A stretch of 64,000 nucleotides of DNA from Phycisphaerae bacterium (lineage in GTDB: Bacteria; Planctomycetota; Phycisphaerae; SM23-33). Position numbers and translations under genes: made by a program. Each line of letters starts with the position of its first letter. Position 1 is the stretch's first letter. The stretch lies in contig WRDM01000007.1 in the NCBI GenBank assembly GCA_009783465.1, positions 8,447 through 72,446 of the forward strand. The letters are read 5' to 3'. Of the stretch, positions 1 through 7,401 are shown one piece after another. The notes under the pieces are model-generated. The model saw nothing but the letters and a program-made list of their open reading frames with translations. It was not told the origin of the DNA and did not search any database.

Positions 1-370
1 CGATCACCACTTCCCCGTCGTTCGCGACGGCGGGCATGGTAAAATCGCACTCGGCCGGCTGATCGGCCACATTAACCAGCGCACCAACCCACTGGGCGTC
101 GCTGGCGATCTGCGCGTTGAGCGCCCGATCGTCGGTGCAGGCAAACACCAGCGTCGCGCCCTCCAGATGCTCGGGGCAGTACGGTTTTTGAATCACCAAC
201 ACACCGACATCGCGAAGGGCCTGCGCCTCGGGCGGCACGGACTCGGCGACAAGTTTGACCTCCGCCCCGGCGTCCAGCAACGCATGCGCTTTCCGCAACC
301 CCACGTCGCCGGCACCGACGATAACAACAAGTTTTCCATGCAAATCCAACAGAATCGGGAAGGTTTTCAT
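1..370 (-). CDS. precorrin-2 dehydrogenase / sirohydrochlorin ferrochelatase (siroheme synthase N-terminal domain, SirC/Met8-like); 3' end lies outside the window
   Basis: Absent from the ORF track because it runs off the edge. My translation of the minus strand from the ATG at 370-368 gives MKTFPILLDLHGKLVVIVGAGDVGLRKAHALLDAGAEVKLVAE... This is the Rossmann opening typical of CysG-N/SirC proteins. Confidence 0.7.
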   Translation of the reverse strand, partial: MKTFPILLDLHGKLVVIVGAGDVGLRKAHALLDAGAEVKLVAESVPPEAQALRDVGVLVIQKPYCPEHLEGATLVFACTDDRALNAQIASDAQWVGALVNVADQPAECDFTMPAVANDGEVVI

Positions 371-436
371 ACGAATCCCTGTGTTGCAATCTGGCTCTGC
401 CTGTTTGGCAACATAAAACACAGCAAACAATAGGTC

Positions 437-803
437 GGTCTCCCCCGGCCTCGCGCGGAAGAGCCGGTACACAGCCCCAACGGGGCGTCTTGGGTAGCCC
501 AGGGTGAGCGGTACTCCGTGAACCCTGGGACCAAGGCTTTTTTTCTCCCTTCTCGTGCCTGACGCCACTGGCCGAGGTCGCGCCGTCGCGCGAAGACGGC
601 ATCGAACGACTCGCACGTTCCCGAGTGCGCGCCGTTGGATGCCGTACACCGCGCGTGCTCGACCTCGGCCAGGGCGTCAGGCACGATAAAAGAGTTCCGA
701 ATAACACATGGTCCCAGGGTTCGCGGAGTACCGCTCACCCTGGGCTACCCAAGACGCCCCGTTGGGGCTGTGTACCGGCTCTTCCACGCGAGGCCGAGAA
801 GGC
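437..803. repeat. mosaic nested palindrome, copy 1 (U unit - V core - inverted U unit)
   Basis: The ~100-nt arm ...CCGGCCTCGCGCGGAAGAGCCGGTACACAGCCCCAACGGGGCGTCTTGGGTAGCCCAGGGTGAGCGGTACTCC... recurs inverted at 705-803. The core is bounded by GTGCCTGACGCCACTGGCCGAGGTCG and its complement. Confidence 0.9.
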
Positions 804-918
804 AACTCATTTCGGAACGGAACGTTTTACAACGCAGGCAAACCATCGCGAAACGTTTGTTTTTTTCAACGCCCTACGACGCAAACAGGCAGAGCCCTAT
901 CGAACGCTCGCTCGCCTC

Positions 919-2124
919 TCACGCCACCACTTCCTTCGAGCGGGTTACCAGCGGGGCGGTGATGGCGGGTTCGGCGGCGGATTCACCGGCGAGGTATCGT
1001 TGGAAAAATGCCGTCGTCCGCTGGGCGTAGAGTCCCGGATGAACAATGACACTCTGGTTGTGTTTGGCGTTTTCGGCGATCCAGAGGTATCGCGGTTCCG
1101 GCGCGTCGCCGTGGAGCAGGCGGGTCTGCTCCTCGCGGATGTAGCTGTCCTTTTGGCCGTGGATGAAAAAGATCGGCCGCGGGGGCATGCCGCGCAGCGC
1201 TTTGCGGACCGACGGATACCGGCAGCCAAGCCGACGCTGCGCGGGGATGAGCATCAGCCAGAGCAGCAGCGACCAGAACCAGTCGGGATGATGTTCGTAG
1301 ACGAGTTTGACGCGGGCGAAGATGTACGCCCATCGTTTCATCAAGGCCGTCAGTGTCGTGTCGGTGGCGAACGCGCCGTCGCAGATGATCGCCTTGATGT
1401 GGGAGTCGCTGGCGGCGGCGAGCAGTCCGCTGCCCGCGCCCCGGCTGATGCCGAACAGGCCGATGTCGCGCGGTCTGCCCTCGGCTTCGAGGCAGCTCTG
1501 GACGTACGCGCAGGCGCCGAGCGTGTCGCCGAGTTCCTTGTCGCTGGGCCATTGGAGCGGTTTGTATTTCGGCGTGGTGAGCGAGCTGTCGCCGTGGCCT
1601 CGGTAATCGAACGTGAAGACGTCGAACCCCGCGTCGATCAACGGGCGGGTGTAGCGGGCGCAACTGTACATGTCGCTGCCGTACTCGTGACAGAAGACGA
1701 TCGTGCCCTTGACGGCTTTTCGGTTGGGCGTGTTGATGTGCATGCCGCGCAGGCTGGTGCCGTCGAAGGAGCGGAACCGAACGATTTCGCCATGGATGGG
1801 TTTGAAGTCCAGAGGCCCCATCGACAGCGGCGGCGGCGTGTCCACGAAGATGTTCAGGCAGATGCGGACATACTTGGCCAACAGCAGCACGACAAACACC
1901 ACCAGCGCCGTGCAGGTCAGCGCAATGGCCAACACCGCCCAGTGTTGCTGGAAAAACGAAGCCTCCCCCAGCGGGGGCCAGTATGTCGTAAACATCGGCA
2001 TAGAGCGAGCACCCAGAAACCGCGCAACAGCATAGGCCACAAGGGGATGGAAAGCAATCAAGATTCGGTTTTCTTTCGTTGCGTAATGGTGAAAGGAGAC
2101 GGCGGGCGAGGGAAGCAAAGCCAC
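919..2124 (-). CDS. alpha/beta-fold hydrolase with an N-terminal TM segment
   Basis: 401-aa ORF. It has a nucleophile elbow GISRG, an HGxxD-like FIHGQKD and a late His (AKHNQ). The GTG start at 2124 lies inside a repeat arm, so the internal ATG at 2001 (MPMFTTYW...) is an equally plausible start. Confidence 0.75.
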   Translation of the reverse strand: MALLPSPAVSFHHYATKENRILIAFHPLVAYAVARFLGARSMPMFTTYWPPLGEASFFQQHWAVLAIALTCTALVVFVVLLLAKYVRICLNIFVDTPPPLSMGPLDFKPIHGEIVRFRSFDGTSLRGMHINTPNRKAVKGTIVFCHEYGSDMYSCARYTRPLIDAGFDVFTFDYRGHGDSSLTTPKYKPLQWPSDKELGDTLGACAYVQSCLEAEGRPRDIGLFGISRGAGSGLLAAASDSHIKAIICDGAFATDTTLTALMKRWAYIFARVKLVYEHHPDWFWSLLLWLMLIPAQRRLGCRYPSVRKALRGMPPRPIFFIHGQKDSYIREEQTRLLHGDAPEPRYLWIAENAKHNQSVIVHPGLYAQRTTAFFQRYLAGESAAEPAITAPLVTRSKEVVA

Positions 2125-2352
2125 TAGCCACTAGCCACAAGCGACAAGGGCTTGCTGTACATCATGGTGAAACCACACATCGCGCCGGCGAGAGTGCCCT
2201 CAATGCTTCGCTGACTCGGAGATCGTCGTGAGCGTCCATGCCTTCCGATCGTCAAGTCTGCGAAGCTTGGGGACCCCTCTCTCGAACGTAACGCCCGATT
2301 TTACCAACGTCTACCAAAAACCCTTGTCGCTTGTGGCTAGTGGCTTGTGGCT
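2119..2352. repeat. A-family hairpin (GCCACAA/GCCACTA heptad arms), copy 1
   Basis: The left arm is GCCACTAGCCACTAGCCACAAGCGACAAGGGCTTGC and the right arm is CCCTTGTCGCTTGTGGCTAGTGGCTTGTGGC. The ~170-nt interior contains GCTTCGCTGACTCGG...AGTCTGCGAAGC. Confidence 0.9.
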
Positions 2353-2433
2353 CTGTTTCCCTCGAATCACCGGCCCACATTCTCCCACACGCCGCGAAGG
2401 CCGAGACTACGATGTAGCGTGGAGGGACTTCCC

Positions 2434-3684
2434 ATGCGCGACGTCACGTATCTTCTCATTGGCGGGGGGTTGGTTTGTCACAATGCGGCCGCGGCGATTC
2501 GGCGGCGGGATGCGGGCGGCAGCGTGTTGATGGTGAGTGACGAGCCGCATCGGCCTTACAATCGCCCGCCGCTGACGAAGGCGTTTATGCGGGGCGATGA
2601 GCCGTTGGAGAAGGCGTTTATCGCGTCGACGGACTGGTACACGGAGCATCGCGTGTCGTTTCGGCCTGGCACGGCGGTGACGGCGGTGCATCCGCGAGAG
2701 CACCTGGCGACGCTCGACGACGGGGAGGTCGTTCGGTACGAAAAGGCGTTGTTGGGCACGGGCGGTCGGCCCGTGGAGCCCGCGTTGCCCGGCGACGATT
2801 TGCCTGGCGTGCATTGTTTGCGGACGATGGACGAGGCGGCGCGAATTTCGCGGGCGGCGCAGTGGTCACGGCGGGCGGTGATTCTGGGCGGCGGATTTAT
2901 CGGTGTGGAGATGGCGGCGGCGCTGACGAGGCGGGGGTTGGCGGTGACGCTCGTGCATCCGGGCGAGCGGATTTATTCGCGGTTCGCCGGGCCGACGCTG
3001 GCGGAGTTCGTGACCGCCCGCTGTCGCGAGCAGGGCGTGGAGTTCGTGGCCAATCAGAAGGCCGTCGCGTTTCACGGCGGCGAGGGACAGGTGCGTGGCG
3101 TGGAGTTGGAGGACGGCCGTCGGCTGCCGTGCGAGCTGGCGGTGGCGGCGATGGGGATCGTGCCGAACGTGGAGTTGGCCAGGCACGCGGGGCTGGAGGT
3201 CGGCGACGGCGTGGTGGTCAACGAGCGGCTCCAGACCAGCGCCTCCGACATATACGCCGGAGGCGACATCGCAAACGTGTTCGACCCGTACTCCCGGAGG
3301 CGGCGACGCATCGAGCACTGGGGACAGGCCGACTACACCGGCACGCTGGCGGGCCAAAACATGGCCGGGGCGGACAACCGCTACGCCCTGCTGCCGTACC
3401 TCTGGACCGATGTGTTCGACATGCACATCGAATTCGCCGGCGACGAACACGCGCCCGCCGACGCCACCATCCTCCGAGGCCAAACCGCCACAGGCCAATT
3501 TGCCCTGCTCCACCTGCACGCCCATCACGTGGCCGCCTGCTACAGTGTCAACCTCAAACGGGCAGAGAATCAGTCGCTCCAACGGCTCATTGAACATCGC
3601 GTAAACGTGCAAGGGTACGAATCGCACCTGGCGGACACGACGTTCGACGCGGCCACCCTGCTGCCGCCGGCAAAGGCGGCGTGA
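2434..3684 (+). CDS. FAD-dependent pyridine nucleotide-disulfide oxidoreductase (ferredoxin-reductase / AIF-like)
   Basis: MRDVTYLLIGGGLVCHNAA (FAD GxGxxG) is followed by a second dinucleotide fold, AVILGGGFIGVEMAA, and by YAGGD. The start is moved to the ATG at 2434, which follows GGAGGGA; the upstream part of the ORF lies in a repeat. Confidence 0.85.
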   Translation: MRDVTYLLIGGGLVCHNAAAAIRRRDAGGSVLMVSDEPHRPYNRPPLTKAFMRGDEPLEKAFIASTDWYTEHRVSFRPGTAVTAVHPREHLATLDDGEVVRYEKALLGTGGRPVEPALPGDDLPGVHCLRTMDEAARISRAAQWSRRAVILGGGFIGVEMAAALTRRGLAVTLVHPGERIYSRFAGPTLAEFVTARCREQGVEFVANQKAVAFHGGEGQVRGVELEDGRRLPCELAVAAMGIVPNVELARHAGLEVGDGVVVNERLQTSASDIYAGGDIANVFDPYSRRRRRIEHWGQADYTGTLAGQNMAGADNRYALLPYLWTDVFDMHIEFAGDEHAPADATILRGQTATGQFALLHLHAHHVAACYSVNLKRAENQSLQRLIEHRVNVQGYESHLADTTFDAATLLPPAKAA

Positions 3685-3694
3685 AGAGGGGGAC

Positions 3695-3907
3695 TCAGGC
3701 GTCGTCACGCGGATCGGCGTAGTAGTGGGCGTGCACTTCCTGGTAGAGTTTCCATCGCTGGTTTTCGGAAAGTTTTATAAAGCCATGCAGTGCCGCCGCG
3801 ATGACTTTGGCTTTGTTGCCCAGATCACCCGCCACGGCATTGAAGTCATCCGACAGTTCCTTGGGTATGCGGCCTCCAAAGGAAACCGTATGAAGTTTCT
3901 TGCTCAT
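3695..3907 (-). CDS. small hypothetical protein, possibly ribbon-helix-helix
   Basis: 70-aa ORF. The pattern is strand (HTVSFGGRIP), helix (ELSDDFNAVAG), helix (KAKVIAAALHGFIKL). An AT-rich upstream region carries TATAAT. Fold assignment is by eye only. Confidence 0.5.
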   Translation of the reverse strand: MSKKLHTVSFGGRIPKELSDDFNAVAGDLGNKAKVIAAALHGFIKLSENQRWKLYQEVHAHYYADPRDDA

Positions 3908-3979
3908 GTTAACAATTGTAATTTATTGAAAACAGCCAGCTTGTGCATTATAGTCGATTATTTTTCATCGATTGTTAAC
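3908..3979 (-). promoter_or_regulatory. AT-rich upstream region of the small RHH-like gene: perfect -10 hexamer flanked by a 9-bp inverted repeat
   Basis: TATAAT lies on the minus strand (plus coordinates 3947-3952). GTTAACAAT (3908-3916) and ATTGTTAAC (3971-3979) form a perfect inverted repeat. No good -35 element sits at 17 nt. Confidence 0.25.
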
Positions 3980-4057
3980 TTTTTCTTGACATCTTCTCCG
4001 TCGTCGCGATGATGGCGTCTGACGTGCAGCGCTCGAGGCCCCGCCGGAAGTCGCGAA

Positions 4058-4095
4058 GAGGCCGGTGTGGAAAAGTTTGTTTCCACACCGGCCTC
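4058..4095. repeat. perfect 16-bp stem hairpin
   Basis: GAGGCCGGTGTGGAAA, loop agtttg, then TTTCCACACCGGCCTC. Confidence 0.9.
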
Positions 4096-4156
4096 GACCG
4101 GTTTCCAACGTGTCGCACGTCCTGTTGGCAGGGACGGCGTGAAACATTGTGCGTGG

Positions 4157-4331
4157 ATATGGCTTGCCGTTTTGCGTGCGGGATGCAGAAAACAACCGAT
4201 CGGCCTCCCCGGTCTCACGCCACGGGACCGGCACGCAGCTCCACGGGGCGGCTGTGTGCCGGCACTGCTGCGCAAGACCGGGAAGGCCGATCGGTTGTTT
4301 TCTGCATCCCGCACGCAAAACGGCAAGCCAT
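4157..4331. repeat. H-family hairpin with ~50-bp near-perfect arms
   Basis: TGGCTTGCCGTTTTGCGTGCGGGATGCAGAAAACAACCGATCGGCC... pairs with ...GGCCGATCGGTTGTTTTCTGCATCCCGCACGCAAAACGGCAAGCCA. Confidence 0.9.
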
Positions 4332-4363
4332 TATAAAACGTTCTTCGATTTCCGGGGACTGCT

Positions 4364-4678
4364 TCACTTCCACGGATCGGCGTCGCTGCGGTCGCCCTCT
4401 TCGTCGTGATCGTCTTCGTCGGGCGATTTCCAGCTTTCGGACTCGCTCATGTCGTCGAGTTCGCGTTCCATCGCCTTGAACATTTTTTCCTGCATCGGGG
4501 CCAGTTTGCGATAGTAATCGAGCGTGGCCTGGTAGCTGCTGACCATCTGGTTGATTTTCACCAACTGCCACTTCGTCAGGCACTCCGGCTCGATGATGGT
4601 GGAAAACGGGTCGCAGTCCATGCGGATGTCGCCCCGGCTGGTCCGATGAAAATATTGGCAGTCCTTGCACTGGATCAT
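4364..4678 (-). CDS. hypothetical Cys-rich protein with an acidic C-terminal tail
   Basis: The start is set at ATG 4678, preceded by GGAGAG. The protein begins MIQCKDCQYF...DCDPF...EPEC (CxxC plus two further Cys) and ends in a DE-rich tail. Confidence 0.55.
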   Translation of the reverse strand: MIQCKDCQYFHRTSRGDIRMDCDPFSTIIEPECLTKWQLVKINQMVSSYQATLDYYRKLAPMQEKMFKAMERELDDMSESESWKSPDEDDHDEEGDRSDADPWK

Positions 4679-4737
4679 GGTTCTCTCCAACGCGGCTATC
4701 ATACCACGCGCGTCGCCGAAAATCACGCTCGGATTTA

Positions 4738-4766
4738 TTGACAGTGCCCGGGAATGCCGATATTGT
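4738..4766 (+). promoter_or_regulatory. sigma-70-like promoter candidate for the GYF-domain gene
   Basis: TTGACA (4738-4743), a 17-nt spacer, then TATTGT (4761-4766), ~37 nt upstream of ATG 4803. Confidence 0.35.
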
Positions 4767-4802
4767 CAAGAGTCGAACACACGTTCGCCAAAGGGACGCG
4801 GC

Positions 4803-5327
4803 ATGACGGAATGGTTTGCCAACATCAACAAGCAGCAGTACGGCCCCGTGGATGAAGCCGCGCTTCGCGGGTGGGTTTCGCAGGGGCGGCTGGGGCCTTA
4901 CGATCTGATCTGGTCACAGGGCATGCCCCAATGGGTGCAGGCGGTGACGGTGTTTCCCGGCTGGTTCGGCCAGAATCCGCCGCCGCTGACGAACGTCATG
5001 CCGACCTACGGCGCGCCGGGGACCATGTATCAAACCATGCCAGGCGGCATGAAACCGCACCGCGGCACCATGATCCTGATATTCGGCATTGTCGGACTGG
5101 TGACGTTTCTGTGCTGCCTGACCATCATATTCTCCATCCTGGCCTGGGTGCTTGGACAAAGCGACCTGCGCGCGATGCGCGAGGGGCGCATGGATCCTTC
5201 CGGACAGGGTATCACCAATGGCGGAAGAATCTGCGGTATCGTCGGTGTGGTCCTGTACCTCGTGTACATTATCCTCAACATCGCGGGCGTATTCGGCACG
5301 GTCCTCAACAACGGCCGATGGCCGTGA
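4803..5327 (+). CDS. GYF_2 (DUF4339)-domain membrane protein with a DUF4190-like C-terminal TM region
   Basis: MTEWFANINKQQYGPVDEAALRGWVSQGRLGPYDLIWSQGMPQWVQA matches the GYF_2 pattern. Two TM helices follow. A TTGACA-17-TATTGT promoter-like site lies upstream. Confidence 0.7.
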   Translation: MTEWFANINKQQYGPVDEAALRGWVSQGRLGPYDLIWSQGMPQWVQAVTVFPGWFGQNPPPLTNVMPTYGAPGTMYQTMPGGMKPHRGTMILIFGIVGLVTFLCCLTIIFSILAWVLGQSDLRAMREGRMDPSGQGITNGGRICGIVGVVLYLVYIILNIAGVFGTVLNNGRWP

Positions 5328-5379
5328 TCTGACAAATTGACTCGAGACGGTAGCATCGTTGTATCGTCTTTGCGTTCAT

Positions 5380-5497
5380 ACGACTTCGCGAAGACCGAGC
5401 GGGATTACCCGGATGGACGGATTAGAGGATTGCCGTGCGGGACGAAAAACCCTAAATCCTTCAATCCGTGTAATCCCGCTCGGTCTTCGCGAAGTCG
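5380..5497. repeat. K-family hairpin (GACCGAGCGGGATTAC arms), copy 1
   Basis: ACGACTTCGCGAAGACCGAGCGGGATTAC...GTAATCCCGCTCGGTCTTCGCGAAGTCGT. It is followed at 5515-5550 by an H-family right arm. Confidence 0.9.
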
Positions 5498-5674
5498 TAA
5501 AGCGTAACATGTAGCGCCCCGAACGCTCTACAACGCAAAAAGGCAGAGCCATCTCCGCATCCATCCTGCACTCCCGTCACCCCCGCGAAAAAATCCTCCC
5601 ATTTGCGACTTGCGGTACTTTCCTCCCGGCGATTGTGTTACAATACGGGAAACCTTCACAGGAGTGCACACACT

Positions 5675-6724
<1,050 letters not shown>

Positions 6725-6732
6725 CGGCGGAA

Positions 6733-6829
6733 AAGTAACGAGTAACGAGTGACGAGGACTTCGCGATTCCAGGAAAAACGCGGAAGTCCTCGTCACTCGC
6801 TACTCGTTACTCGTTACTTTCGTGTGCCT
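6733..6829. repeat. D-family hairpin (GTAACGAG arms), ~32-bp stem, immediately 3' of the MoxR gene
   Basis: AGTAACGAGTAACGAGTGACGAGGACTTCGCG ... CGCGGAAGTCCTCGTCACTCGCTACTCGTTACTCGTTACT. Confidence 0.9.
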
Positions 6830-6855
6830 CGCCGCTGTGTTACAATGCCCCCGAC

Positions 6856-7401
6856 ATGACCATCCGACCCGCGACAGTTTCCGATGCGCAGGCGATTTGT
6901 GACCTGATCAATTACTACGCCGAACGAGGCCGCATGCTGCACCGAAGCCTCGAAAGCGTGTACCAGTCGCTGCGCGATTTCCTCGTGATGGAGGACCGCG
7001 ACGAAATCGTCGCGTGCGTGGCCACGGAATTGTTCTGGGCGGACCTGGCCGAGGTGCGTTCCCTCGCCGTCGCGCCGCACGCGCGAGGCAAAGGACTGGG
7101 CACGAAACTGATCCGCAAGGCCGTCGCCGTCGCCCAGAAACTGGGCGTCCACCGTCTCTTTGCCCTGACGTACGAAAAAGAGTTCTTTGCCCGGCTGGGC
7201 TTCGAGGTCATCGACCGAGACAAACTGCCCGAAAAAGTCTGGCGGGCGTGCATCTACTGCCCCAAGGCCGACGACTGCGACGAAACGGCCATGATCCTGC
7301 GAATCCTGTCCCGCTCCGGCAAAAAACCCCTGCCGCTACAACGAAAACCCAAACGGACCAGAAAACGCACCAAGGTCCCTCGCACGCGGAAGAAGAAATG
7401 A
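6856..7401 (+). CDS. GNAT N-acetyltransferase (short ArgA-like amino-acid N-acetyltransferase type) with a K/R-rich tail
   Basis: The acetyl-CoA motif is VAPHARGKGLGTKLI. A C-terminal KVWRACIYCPKADDCDETAM Cys cluster is typical of short ArgA-like GNATs. The last ~30 aa are a basic tail. Confidence 0.85.
   Translation: MTIRPATVSDAQAICDLINYYAERGRMLHRSLESVYQSLRDFLVMEDRDEIVACVATELFWADLAEVRSLAVAPHARGKGLGTKLIRKAVAVAQKLGVHRLFALTYEKEFFARLGFEVIDRDKLPEKVWRACIYCPKADDCDETAMILRILSRSGKKPLPLQRKPKRTRKRTKVPRTRKKK

Noticed and set aside
437-803. Mosaic palindromes considered as IS elements or autonomous mobile elements
   Set aside because: No transposase or any credible ORF lies inside or adjacent, and I could verify no clear terminal direct repeats by eye. 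I kept them as non-autonomous repeats only.
72-962. Several 80-210-aa ORFs on both strands encoding recurring peptides such as PWATQDAPLGLC and SGVRHE. The same occurs at 20893-21650 and 28471-29302.
   Set aside because: They lie entirely within the mosaic palindrome copies. The recurrence of the peptides reflects DNA repeat conservation on both strands, not protein families.
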